Positions 39,525 through 48,763 of a DNA stretch of 64,000 bases are shown here, one piece after another. The translations under genes were made by a program, and so were the position numbers. Position 1 is the stretch's first letter, and the number at the start of each line of letters is the position of its first letter. The DNA is from Myxococcota bacterium. Its GTDB lineage: Bacteria; Myxococcota_A; Polyangia; JAAYKL01. The notes under the pieces are model-generated. The model made no database searches and had not been told where the DNA came from. It saw nothing but the letters and a program-made list of their open reading frames with translations. Location of the stretch: positions 5,414 to 69,413 of the forward strand of contig JASJCT010000002.1 of assembly GCA_030065855.1 (NCBI GenBank), written 5' to 3'.

Positions 39525-41759
39525 TCACTCCCAATGCATTTCAACGGAGATGCGCTCTGAATGACCGAATTCATGGCTTATTGCCTCTATCTCGATGGGA
39601 GTTGATGTCTCATTGCCCACTTTTTTACAGGACGGCACAAAATATGTGGTACCAACTGCGCTTCCCAAAAAGGTCGAGCTTTGGTCTGGGTTTCTGCGAT
39701 AGATGTTATAGCCCCTGACGTCTGACAGAGAGGCAGTCCATTTGAGGCGAATGGAAGCGATCCCAGGTGTGTCTTCCACCTTATCTTCGATTATCAAATC
39801 CGAGGGTGGGTCGGGTATATCGACCTGGCCCTCGATTATGCCCATACGCCCAATATGCATTTTGTACGCTTCATCGTCGGCCGAGCCGTCAAAGAATAGC
39901 CCAATGGCCCCGACAACTTTCCCCTGATAGTCGCTCAAATCCAGACGTTTTAAATTCCAGCCGGCATTTACAGTATGCCCCACGTCCAGGTATTGCCAAA
40001 CCTGGGAATCGTCTTCAAACGATAGGGCCACGCGCATGTGGGTAGGCGCATCTGCGCTGCCGGTTTTGACGGCGATGGTGAATTGGCTTTGCTCACTTAC
40101 CATTAGACGCGTCAGGTAGAGCTTGATCAGATTGTCCGCAACCAGACTTCCGGTTACTTTTAAACTGCTACCGCCATAAAATGCATTTTTCCAGTCAAAT
40201 TCGGGTTTAAGTTTTTCACCAACGCTTTCCACCACCCAGCGCCAATGGGGCAAGATGTCCTGCAAGGTCCGATTATACCACTTCCGATCTCTTAAGACCT
40301 GCGCGTCAATTGAATAGATATGTCCCTGCCCAGTGTTGAAGTGGGTGACAAACGGGGGCGCATCAATCACTGATTTTACCGGGTAGTAGTTTGCAATGCC
40401 GGGCCACTCGTAACTCGTGTTGGTATTGGCCGGGTTGTGGTTGTACCCCGAATAAAACTGTTCCTCCTGCAGGTAGTAATCTGCATTATCCCTTGCCACG
40501 TCCCGGGCACCGTTCATTTGAAAGCAAGCCAAGGAGAGGCGATGGGCATCGCCCTGGGGAAAGATCTCCCATACCGGGTACTCCAGGTTGCCGCCAGTGT
40601 TCCAATAATGCATCCAGGTCTCAAACCCGGCAAACACGTCATACGGGCTGCGTCCGAGCTGTATTGCGAGATCTCGGGAGTTGATCAGTTTTTGCCGATT
40701 GTACCAGTAGTTGAGGAAATATTCATGGGCACCGGGGTGATCGCCATATTGAAAATACCAGTCGTTTGCAGCGTTGAGCTCATTTTGATATTTGACCGCA
40801 CCACTTTCATTCCAGGCATCGTACATCATGGCGGATATCCCCTTGGGGGTGCCTTGCTGGTTGAAGTAGATGAAGAAATCCCTCAGCTTTTGGGCCAGCC
40901 CACTGTTGCCCGGCTTTTCCAGATTAAAAAACCATCCGTCAAACCCGTAGTACACGGCCATATCAATCAGCACATCTGCGCCAGGAAAATTGCCTGCCCC
41001 GTCATCTTGGAGAAATTCGGCGAGGTCTGATGCGGTCGGGTTCATGATGAGGTTGTATACCTTGACGCCGTTGCGGTGGGCCACGTCGAACAGCTCCGCA
41101 GATAGGGTGTTGTGCCAATTATTGAAAATCATAAAGATATCGATGTATTGCCAAAAGGGATAGGTGTAGATGGTAAAGTAATCCGCGCCGCCTGAGACAT
41201 AACTGTTGGGTTGCTCACTCAGATACCAGGGCGTGGTCACAGCCACCTGGCCATCGTTTCTGGCATTGGTGTTGACCCAGTAATCCTGGTTGGTAAAGCG
41301 GGTCTTCAACGGCACTTGGGAGCGGTTGTAATCCGCGTCCTTGTCGGCAGCAGGTGTCCACGTCAGCAATTTGGTCAGACTGCCATCCCAGCTCCAGGGC
41401 CGGGTTTGATTGGAGGGATACATCCTCTCGATGCCCCAATCTTCGGCCTCGCTATCAGTGTCGTCGTCACCGGGATCCGTATCGATGATGGCGTCGCTGT
41501 CTGAATCACTGCTAGTGTCACTGTCTGTATCGGTTTCAGTATCGATGTCGGTTTCGGTTTCACTGTCACTGTCAGTATCGCTGTCGCTGTCACTGTCAGT
41601 ATCACTGTCAGTATCAATATCGCTGTCGGCCCCATTCTCTGAATCTTCCTCAACTTGCTGATCGTCCTGCCCTGAACACCCGGCCTGTCCGAGTGCACTT
41701 AGCAGTATGGCGTTCGTCAGCAGGTTCAGTCGCGCCCCGTTCAAAGACATCAAGCTCAT
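39525..41759 (-). CDS. GH85 endo-beta-N-acetylglucosaminidase lipoprotein with Asp-Ser/Thr linker and FN3 tail
   Basis: Lipobox-like QAGC; FWQYID, AHRNGV, YYGFDGWFFNLE (catalytic N-x-E), FLNYW, THFNTGQG, QDILP and GGSSL motifs. Confidence 0.9.
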   Translation of the reverse strand: MSLMSLNGARLNLLTNAILLSALGQAGCSGQDDQQVEEDSENGADSDIDTDSDTDSDSDSDTDSDSETETDIDTETDTDSDTSSDSDSDAIIDTDPGDDDTDSEAEDWGIERMYPSNQTRPWSWDGSLTKLLTWTPAADKDADYNRSQVPLKTRFTNQDYWVNTNARNDGQVAVTTPWYLSEQPNSYVSGGADYFTIYTYPFWQYIDIFMIFNNWHNTLSAELFDVAHRNGVKVYNLIMNPTASDLAEFLQDDGAGNFPGADVLIDMAVYYGFDGWFFNLEKPGNSGLAQKLRDFFIYFNQQGTPKGISAMMYDAWNESGAVKYQNELNAANDWYFQYGDHPGAHEYFLNYWYNRQKLINSRDLAIQLGRSPYDVFAGFETWMHYWNTGGNLEYPVWEIFPQGDAHRLSLACFQMNGARDVARDNADYYLQEEQFYSGYNHNPANTNTSYEWPGIANYYPVKSVIDAPPFVTHFNTGQGHIYSIDAQVLRDRKWYNRTLQDILPHWRWVVESVGEKLKPEFDWKNAFYGGSSLKVTGSLVADNLIKLYLTRLMVSEQSQFTIAVKTGSADAPTHMRVALSFEDDSQVWQYLDVGHTVNAGWNLKRLDLSDYQGKVVGAIGLFFDGSADDEAYKMHIGRMGIIEGQVDIPDPPSDLIIEDKVEDTPGIASIRLKWTASLSDVRGYNIYRRNPDQSSTFLGSAVGTTYFVPSCKKVGNETSTPIEIEAISHEFGHSERISVEMHWE
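41448..41627 (-). repeat. Coding Asp-Ser/Asp-Thr low-complexity repeat
   Basis: DSDIDTDSDTDSDSDSDTDSDSETETDIDTETDTDSD... Confidence 0.9.
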
Positions 41760-41848
41760 TTGCATCTCTCCTTGGGTCAACAGAGATCGTCTATTCCTAA
41801 CAGCTTATCTTACTTTACTGTGTACGAACAGGCGTGCAGCCGTTCTTG

Positions 41849-42334
41849 TTACCTGGGCTTACCAATTTCTCTGACGTCTAAGATCCTGAACTTGAGCAAA
41901 CGAGAAAGGTTCTTTTCACAAAATTTCCGAAACAAGCCGCGAAAGAGCACCGGCGCCCGGTAGAGGATTTCACCCCGCTCCTTTGCGACCGCCTCCTTTG
42001 TTTCGTCCCCCCCAACATACTCGCAGTAGAGCTGGTAACCCAGGACATCTTTGGGTGCACTCTTGAACATGGATACAGTATCGGACAATTTGGGGCGCAG
42101 GCAGACAGAGAACGTGGCCTTGGGATTCTGCTTGAGATTGTTGCACGTCTTATACAAAAAGCCCTGGAGCACATGCACAGTGTGTTCATCGACAATCCGC
42201 ATCGAACCGACAGGGGCCACGTTGGGTGTGCCCTCGTTATCGCAGGTGGCGATACTGACGGTTTGTCCCTTGAGAATCTTCGCTTCGTTAAATGCCTTAG
42301 TTGCGGTCTGAATTTTTTCGGTTTGACTCGTCAT
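41849..42334 (-). CDS. Pyridoxamine 5'-phosphate oxidase-family (split barrel) protein
   Basis: IATCDNEGTPNVAP and KTCNNLKQNP motifs. Confidence 0.8.
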   Translation of the reverse strand: MTSQTEKIQTATKAFNEAKILKGQTVSIATCDNEGTPNVAPVGSMRIVDEHTVHVLQGFLYKTCNNLKQNPKATFSVCLRPKLSDTVSMFKSAPKDVLGYQLYCEYVGGDETKEAVAKERGEILYRAPVLFRGLFRKFCEKNLSRLLKFRILDVREIGKPR

Positions 42335-42433
42335 TATCTCACCATTCCTTTGTTAATGCCGTGTTTTCACAGCGTTCTGACAACCTCAGGGGTTGAATGC
42401 GACGAGATGTCGCATCACTTAATATAAAAATGA

Positions 42434-42470
42434 TATACAAAAAAATGTTTGACAAGCATTTTTTTGTATA
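42434..42470. promoter_or_regulatory. Long palindrome centred on TTGACA; probable TetR operator in a divergent promoter
   Basis: TATACAAAAAAATG-TTTGACAAG-CATTTTTTTGTATA (14-bp perfect arms). Confidence 0.7.
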
Positions 42471-42506
42471 GTTAATTCTTTTTAAGACTGATGGAGGAAA
42501 AACCAG

Positions 42507-43259
42507 ATGAAGGTTTCACAGGAGCAGAAAGTAGAAATCCGACGGAAATTGCTGTCGGCAGCTGTTGCATTATTCACGGAGAAAGGCTTTTCCGGCGCCA
42601 CCATGCGTGCCGTTTCCACTCGGGCCGGATTCTCGCCAGGAACCATCTATCGCTACTTTCCAACCAAGGAGAAGATCTTCTATGCGTATTTCGAACAAAA
42701 ACAGGACGAACTCGAGGCAGCATTGAACGAAATTGAGGATTTTAACGATTACACATTGAAAGAAAAGCTGCAGATGATGATGGAAACCCAACTAGAGGTC
42801 TATACGCCGGATCGTGAATTCGTCGAGGTTACCTTTCGCGCATTGCTGGACTCCCCCATGAAGAGTTTCACAGAGCTGCAGCCTACAAAAGGCAAGTTCA
42901 CAAAGACCGTTCAGGGGTACTTTGCCCAAGGTGTTGAACGCAAAGATATCCCTGAGCAGCCTTTTGAAAATTTCCTCGTTCATTTGTTTTGGGATTACAA
43001 GAACCTAATGGTGATGTATTGGCTGAGAGACGAGACACCTGCGTTTACAAATACGAGCCGTCTGATCGATTTAAGTCTCGATATTTATGTCGACCTGCTC
43101 AAAAGTGGCATCATTACCAAGACTGCAGACACCATATCTTTTCTCGTAAAGAGCCATCTATATGGAAATATCGAGAGACTTTACGATTTTGTGGGCCTGA
43201 TCACACGTACGGCCGGCTTTATGAGCCGATCCAGCACAGAGGAATGCCCCCATGAGTGA
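42507..43259 (+). CDS. TetR/AcrR family transcriptional regulator
   Basis: HTH LFTEKGF...TMRAVSTRAGFSPGTIYRYFPTKE. Confidence 0.93.
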   Translation: MKVSQEQKVEIRRKLLSAAVALFTEKGFSGATMRAVSTRAGFSPGTIYRYFPTKEKIFYAYFEQKQDELEAALNEIEDFNDYTLKEKLQMMMETQLEVYTPDREFVEVTFRALLDSPMKSFTELQPTKGKFTKTVQGYFAQGVERKDIPEQPFENFLVHLFWDYKNLMVMYWLRDETPAFTNTSRLIDLSLDIYVDLLKSGIITKTADTISFLVKSHLYGNIERLYDFVGLITRTAGFMSRSSTEECPHE

Positions 43260-44544
43260 GCAGTCGAGTATTCCCAAAGGGCGACTCAAGCGCGGAAGTG
43301 TCGTGGGTATTGCCGCGGCCAAGGCTGGTTTAAAAAAAGCCGGTAACATCAGCAAGCGGCCGTTCCTGCCAAAGGCCAAACGCAAATTCGCTGACGATCG
43401 GACCGACGAAGAAATCGCACGGATTATTTTTAACGCACTCTGCGTCCTTCGGGGAACAGCACTGAAGGCGGCACAGCTTATCGCCATGGAAATGGAATTC
43501 ATCCCAGAGGCTTATCGCCTTGAACTGCAAAAAGCTTCGAGTCAAGTGCCTCCGATGAACCGGGCCCTCGTTCGAAAAGTCGTAAAATCCCAATTGGGTG
43601 CCCCGGAAAAAGTATTCAAGACGTTTTCCCCTATCCCCTTTGCAGCTGCCAGTCTCGGCCAAGTGCACGCAGCGACGTCCCAAGAAGGGCAACAGCTGGC
43701 CGTCAAAGTACAGTATCCAGATATCGCAGCCGGTGTTACCTCGGACATTGATTTACTCAAACGGGTATTGTCACCGACTCGGTACCGCAAGGTCTTCAGC
43801 GACTGTATCGAAGAGATACAAAAAAAAATCAGCGAGGAGCTCGATTATCAAAAAGAGGCCAGCCATACAAAGGCGTTTCAGCGCGCCTTGGATGCCAATC
43901 GGTATGTCGTTCCCAGTGTTGAAGACAAATATTCGACAACGTCCATACTCACGATGTCCCGCATTGACGGGCTGCATCTGCACCAATGGCTTGCCACTGG
44001 CCCACCCCAGTCTCTCCGGAATCACTATGGGCAGTTGCTGGTCGACCTGTTTAACGAATGTATGTACCGCGAGCGATTGATCCATGCAGATCCCAATCCA
44101 GGCAATTTCTTGTTTCGTCCTGACGGTCGATTGGGAGTCATCGATTTTGGCTGTGTTTCCAGATTGTCGCCTGAATTTTCAAGGACTGTGTTCCATTTGG
44201 TGTCGTCTAAAGACATCACCACTTCAGAGGTGTTAGAAAAGCTACACAACAAGATTGGCATCCATTATCGAAACTCAGCCGATCCCAAAGCCCTGTCCCG
44301 TTTTCTGAAAAAATGGTTCAACTGGCTCAAAGAACCCTATCGCGGCGAGATCTACGATTTTTCGAAAGCCAGTGACTACTTTAGACGGGGCACTGGATTT
44401 GCAAAGGAATTTTATGCGCTTATTGAACGCTACGAAGGTTCGTTTGTCTACTTTGGGCGCACCTCCCATGGCCTGATGCGAATGCTCGAACAACTCGGTG
44501 CAAAAGTAAGGATGTCCCCCGAAGGCGGGCGATTGTCGGTATAA
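43252..44544 (+). CDS. ABC1/UbiB (AarF) atypical kinase
   Basis: LRGTALKAAQ, AAASLGQVH, AVKVQYP, EELDY, HADPNPGNF and DFG motifs. Confidence 0.93.
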   Translation: MSEQSSIPKGRLKRGSVVGIAAAKAGLKKAGNISKRPFLPKAKRKFADDRTDEEIARIIFNALCVLRGTALKAAQLIAMEMEFIPEAYRLELQKASSQVPPMNRALVRKVVKSQLGAPEKVFKTFSPIPFAAASLGQVHAATSQEGQQLAVKVQYPDIAAGVTSDIDLLKRVLSPTRYRKVFSDCIEEIQKKISEELDYQKEASHTKAFQRALDANRYVVPSVEDKYSTTSILTMSRIDGLHLHQWLATGPPQSLRNHYGQLLVDLFNECMYRERLIHADPNPGNFLFRPDGRLGVIDFGCVSRLSPEFSRTVFHLVSSKDITTSEVLEKLHNKIGIHYRNSADPKALSRFLKKWFNWLKEPYRGEIYDFSKASDYFRRGTGFAKEFYALIERYEGSFVYFGRTSHGLMRMLEQLGAKVRMSPEGGRLSV

Positions 44545-44555
44545 TACGTTCGTCC

Positions 44556-45794
44556 CTACGACGCCCCTTCATCTAAAATCAAATGGGCCGCACTTAAAGC
44601 TAATATATCATTTGATCCATCTTCAATCAGCCCTGCGCGTGCATCTCTGAAGAGTTTTTCTATGGGGTATTCCTTTGATAGACCGTACCCACCGAATATC
44701 TGCACGGCCTCGTGCGCTATTTCGTAAGCCACTTGGGTACAGTATACCTTGGACGCAATGGAATATTGCGTATGCGGTGGATTATTGTTCATGTTATATA
44801 TCAACGCCGCTCTGGAATACGCGCGGGCTGTCTCGACCTTTACGAACATGTCAAAGAGCTTCTTTTGGACATTTTGGTGTTCACAGAGATAGACGCCTCC
44901 CTGTACCCTCTCCTTTGAATACTGCAACGCCAGGTCATAAGCTGCCTGCGCCAGGCCGGTAAACCAGGCGCCCATATACCCATTGGTGATGGCCAGGGTG
45001 ACATCAGTGATCATCTCATAGCTTTCCGGATCGATTAACATGTCTTCTTTTGGGCAGACCACATTGTCAAAGTAGATTTCAGATTGGGAGAGCTCCCGTT
45101 GGCCGAGTTTATCAAGTGGTTTACCTTTAGAAACACCGGGTTGGTCAAAGTCGACGATAGCAATGCCGCCGCCAGCCATGCCCATCGATTTATCCAGACC
45201 TAAGTAAAGCACGCAATTGGATGCCACTGGCGTATTGTTGATCCACGCAGATTTCTGGCCATTGATGATCCAGTTATCCCCATCTTTTTCTGCGCGAACC
45301 TGGTGGGTTATCTTAGGATTTCTATAAAATGGCGTAAAGGGCATCAATGTGTCGGATCCGTGGTCTGGTTCGGTTATCCCCCAGCACGAAAGGATGCTCG
45401 CATCTTTGCAGCTGGCATATGGTGCGACGTACCTCTCTATGAGGTGATCTTCGGCAATCAAGGATGAGATAAGGGCCGCAAAGGAAGAGGTGCCAAGGGA
45501 TACAGCAAAACCAACACTGCCATATGCAATTTCCTCATACACAATGTGAATGCCCAATGGGTCCAGGCCTAATCCACCGTATTCATTGGGAATGGCAATG
45601 CTGTGATAGCCGAGGTCATACATCTGTTTCATGCAATCCCAATACAGGGAACCCTGCTTAACGACCTCTTCAGGCGCCATCTTATCGATTTTAAGCGACG
45701 CTGGTCTGAGCACTTCAACTGCAAATTTATGGACCTCTTGCTTTAGCTGCTCCTGTTCATCGCTTAACGCAACATTGAGTTCTTGATAAGCCAT
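44556..45794 (-). CDS. Acyl-CoA dehydrogenase
   Basis: ITEPDHGSD, NGQKSAWI, DKLGQR, QIFGGYG and EKLFRDA motifs. Confidence 0.95.
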   Translation of the reverse strand: MAYQELNVALSDEQEQLKQEVHKFAVEVLRPASLKIDKMAPEEVVKQGSLYWDCMKQMYDLGYHSIAIPNEYGGLGLDPLGIHIVYEEIAYGSVGFAVSLGTSSFAALISSLIAEDHLIERYVAPYASCKDASILSCWGITEPDHGSDTLMPFTPFYRNPKITHQVRAEKDGDNWIINGQKSAWINNTPVASNCVLYLGLDKSMGMAGGGIAIVDFDQPGVSKGKPLDKLGQRELSQSEIYFDNVVCPKEDMLIDPESYEMITDVTLAITNGYMGAWFTGLAQAAYDLALQYSKERVQGGVYLCEHQNVQKKLFDMFVKVETARAYSRAALIYNMNNNPPHTQYSIASKVYCTQVAYEIAHEAVQIFGGYGLSKEYPIEKLFRDARAGLIEDGSNDILALSAAHLILDEGAS

Positions 45795-45843
45795 CCTTGC
45801 CTCCTACTCTTTGTCCCCCCAGCACTTAAAATAAAAAATTTAC

Positions 45844-46248
45844 CTAGATCTCAATGCCGTGCTCCCTGGCAATTGCTGGATATGCCTTATAGGCGTGCTT
45901 GAGAATGGGTATGAACGTCAATATTTTATTCATCGGCCCTTTGGCTTTGATCTGCCGCTTTGCCAGTGCTACCGGCAGTGTTACTTGCTTCATCCAAAAT
46001 TTGTGACACGTATCACCACTAAGCCTCATTTCAATTGTTGCTGTGGCATCAAAACCACCGCAGATAACATACCCTTTCTTGTCATCCCCTGGCGTTAACC
46101 AGATCTCGCCGTCGGGATCGGATATAACAAACCTAACAGTCATGCCTGAAGCAATGACTTTGGGGCCAACCTTGGGATGATCTTTCAAGTTCCTAAACAG
46201 GGTACCCAGCACTTCGTACATCTTTGCGGTATCTTCAAAAACTGCCAT
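45844..46248 (-). CDS. SCP2 sterol-binding domain protein
   Basis: HKFW...LPVALAKRQIKAKGP signature; located in an operon with an ACAD. Confidence 0.75.
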   Translation of the reverse strand: MAVFEDTAKMYEVLGTLFRNLKDHPKVGPKVIASGMTVRFVISDPDGEIWLTPGDDKKGYVICGGFDATATIEMRLSGDTCHKFWMKQVTLPVALAKRQIKAKGPMNKILTFIPILKHAYKAYPAIAREHGIEI

Positions 46249-46270
46249 TTAGCGTCTCCTTGCCGCTGCG

Positions 46271-46870
46271 TTATTCGCTGATCCCAACAATCAAATCGAC
46301 TGTCTCCTTGACCTTCTTTTGAGCCCATTGGCTGGTGTGCCTGGATCGATCCAGGTACCAGCGAGAAGCCACCCCCTGGTAGATGGCGGATATGGCCATC
46401 GCGCTCTCGACCGGATCTATATTTTTGAACGTTCCCTTAGCGGTGCCCTCCTGGATGATCTCCTCGAGCATCGTGATCCAGTTACTGATCCAGTCCCGAT
46501 ACAGATCCCGAAAAATCTCGTCATTGACTGCCCTGTACATACATTCAAAATAGAGCGGATAACCAAGGGCAATATCTGGGTCATCTTCGTCGTAAAGAAA
46601 ATCGGCAAACCCCTTGAGTTTCTCCAACGGTTCGGTCACCTTGGCCAATTCCACTTGGCATCTCAAAAAAATCCGCTCAAAAAATCGCTTAAAGACCGCT
46701 TCAAACAGATCTTTTTTTGAAGGGAAATAGTGGAGGACCGCACCCTTAGATATTTTAGCAGTCCTGGCAACATCATCGATACTGACCAGAAACCCGCCGT
46801 TCTTTGCAATGGCCTCATGTGCGGCAGATATGATGTGGTCCTCTTTCAGGGCTCGGGCACGTTCTTTCAT
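46271..46870 (-). CDS. TetR/AcrR family regulator (BetI-like C-terminus)
   Basis: SIDDVARTAKISKGAVLHYFPSKKDL. Confidence 0.93.
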   Translation of the reverse strand: MKERARALKEDHIISAAHEAIAKNGGFLVSIDDVARTAKISKGAVLHYFPSKKDLFEAVFKRFFERIFLRCQVELAKVTEPLEKLKGFADFLYDEDDPDIALGYPLYFECMYRAVNDEIFRDLYRDWISNWITMLEEIIQEGTAKGTFKNIDPVESAMAISAIYQGVASRWYLDRSRHTSQWAQKKVKETVDLIVGISE

Positions 46871-46959
46871 TGGTCACCTCCAGCGATTTTCAATGACAGT
46901 CGTCTAACAGAGCCCATGTTGGTCCATAAAAAGAGTAAAAATTCAACCAATCATTATAT

Positions 46960-46995
46960 AACCGTCTAGATGGTTTTTAAACCGTCTGGACGGTT
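46960..46995. promoter_or_regulatory. Tandem palindromic operators upstream of tetR
   Basis: ACCGTCTAGATGGT (46961-46974) and ACCGTCTGGACGGT (46981-46994), with a 20-bp period. Confidence 0.75.
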
Positions 46996-47184
46996 TTTAC
47001 TTCTTTGAAGGATACCTGTCAAGGTCTTTTTTTCGTCTTGAGAATAAATGTAAGCGTACCAATATCATCAGAGGATCCTCCAGAGATGTAGAACTGTTTG
47101 ACGCCCCAAATGCACATCAAACAGCATCCCCTTACCCGCCATTCAAAAAATTTGAAATATGAGCCATGTATACCACAAATTGGT

Positions 47185-47199
47185 TGGTATTGGTCTTGC
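47185..47199 (+). promoter_or_regulatory. Sigma54 -24/-12 promoter of flgE
   Basis: TGGTAT-TGGTC-TTGC, 65 bp upstream of the ATG. Confidence 0.7.
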
Positions 47200-47264
47200 A
47201 TCGCACTACGACTCGGAAGCGAAAAAAGTAGCCTAACGGCTGCACATCGTTAAGGAGCGAACGC

Positions 47265-48569
47265 ATGAGCATTACTAAAACCCTTTACACTGGCGTATCC
47301 GGTCTCACTGCTCACGGCAATGCCTTGGGTGTTGTTGGCGATAACATCGCCAATGTGAATACAACGGGATACAAAGCCGAAAGGGCACTTTTTTCCGACA
47401 TTTTGGGACGCTCTATGATGGCGGTAAACTCGCCCGGATCAGGGGTAAAACTAGCCGGTATTACTAGGAATTTTGCTCAAGGCGCCCTGATCACAACCGA
47501 CTCGCCAACCGATTTGGCCATCAACGGGAAGGGGTTCTTTATCGTTCGCGGTCAGGTCGGCGGCCAGTCTGGCAATTTCTACACCCGGGCCGGAGAATTC
47601 AACCTAGATAAGGATGGAAACCTGGTCGATCCCCAAGGGTTTATCGTGCAGGGCTACCTCGTCAATAGTTCGGGGGAGATCGACAATCAGTTGACGGATC
47701 TCAGCATCGCCACTTCGTCACTGCCACCCCTGGCCACCACCGATGTAGAGATATTCGCCAACCTCAACTCAAACGAAACCACACCGGCCGCTGCTTTTGA
47801 TGAAGACGATCCAGGTACCACGTCTAATTTCTCCACTGCGATGACCGTGTACGATTCTCTTGGGAATGCACATCGCATCGACGTCTATTTCCGCAAGAGC
47901 GCTTCGCCCCCAGACAATACATGGACATGGCACGCAATTGTCGACGGTGGGGAAATCGGTGGCACCGCTGGCGACTTAACCGAAGTTGCGAGCGGCACCC
48001 TGACGTTCACTTCTGACGGCCAACTCGATACAGAAGTCACTACAACAGCTTGGTCCTCGACGTTTAATGGCGCATCTGCCCAGACCATTACCTTTGATTT
48101 TGGAGATAGTCTTACAACAGACAGTGGTGAAGGCACCGGATCCACCCAATACGCATCCGAGCCTGGCGGCTCCAGCGCTATCATCAGCCAGGAGCAAAAC
48201 GGATATACAACGGGCGAGCTCGCTACCGTGGGCATCCTGAACAACGGCGATGTCATGGCGATCTACTCCAACGGGGAGCAACAGCTGGTAGGTCGGGTCG
48301 CCCTGGCCACGTTCGAAGCAGAGGGCGAGCTCGCCCGCGCTGGGGACAGGCTTTGGGGCGAGACCGAGTCGTCTGGAGAGGCGCGTATTGGAGGCGCGAG
48401 CAGCGGCGCTGCCGGATCCATCACTGCAAGCGCACTAGAGATGTCGACAGTGGACCTCGGTAAGGAATTCGTAGATCTCATCTCGTATCAGCGGGGATTC
48501 CAAGCCAACAGCCGAACCATCACCACCGCGGATCAACTCTACCAAGAAGTCGTCAGTTTGAAGCGGTAG
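47265..48569 (+). CDS. flgE: Flagellar hook protein FlgE
   Basis: NIANVNTTGYK, DLAINGKGFF, YTRAGEF, YDSLG (FlaE D2) and LEMSTVDL...YQRGFQANSRTITTAD motifs. Confidence 0.96.
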   Translation: MSITKTLYTGVSGLTAHGNALGVVGDNIANVNTTGYKAERALFSDILGRSMMAVNSPGSGVKLAGITRNFAQGALITTDSPTDLAINGKGFFIVRGQVGGQSGNFYTRAGEFNLDKDGNLVDPQGFIVQGYLVNSSGEIDNQLTDLSIATSSLPPLATTDVEIFANLNSNETTPAAAFDEDDPGTTSNFSTAMTVYDSLGNAHRIDVYFRKSASPPDNTWTWHAIVDGGEIGGTAGDLTEVASGTLTFTSDGQLDTEVTTTAWSSTFNGASAQTITFDFGDSLTTDSGEGTGSTQYASEPGGSSAIISQEQNGYTTGELATVGILNNGDVMAIYSNGEQQLVGRVALATFEAEGELARAGDRLWGETESSGEARIGGASSGAAGSITASALEMSTVDLGKEFVDLISYQRGFQANSRTITTADQLYQEVVSLKR

Positions 48570-48610
48570 GCTAATTTCCGTCCCGAACTGGCCATTTCCA
48601 CCACCCTGTT

Positions 48611-48635
48611 GTAGCCGTGGGGTTTATCCCCAAGG
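48611..48635 (+). repeat. Degenerate GTAG-type REP
   Basis: GTAG-CCGTGGGG-TTTAT-CCCCAAGG hairpin in the convergent intergenic region. Confidence 0.5.
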
Positions 48636-48763
48636 TGAAAAGCGATGTAATTCTAGGCTCCCCCTTATCGGACAAGGAGAAAAAAAGTTTCCAACTTAAC
48701 CGGCCAAATGAAGGAAAAAATTATCTCCCAGGTTCATATTGGAGTTCATATTGAACAGCACGA

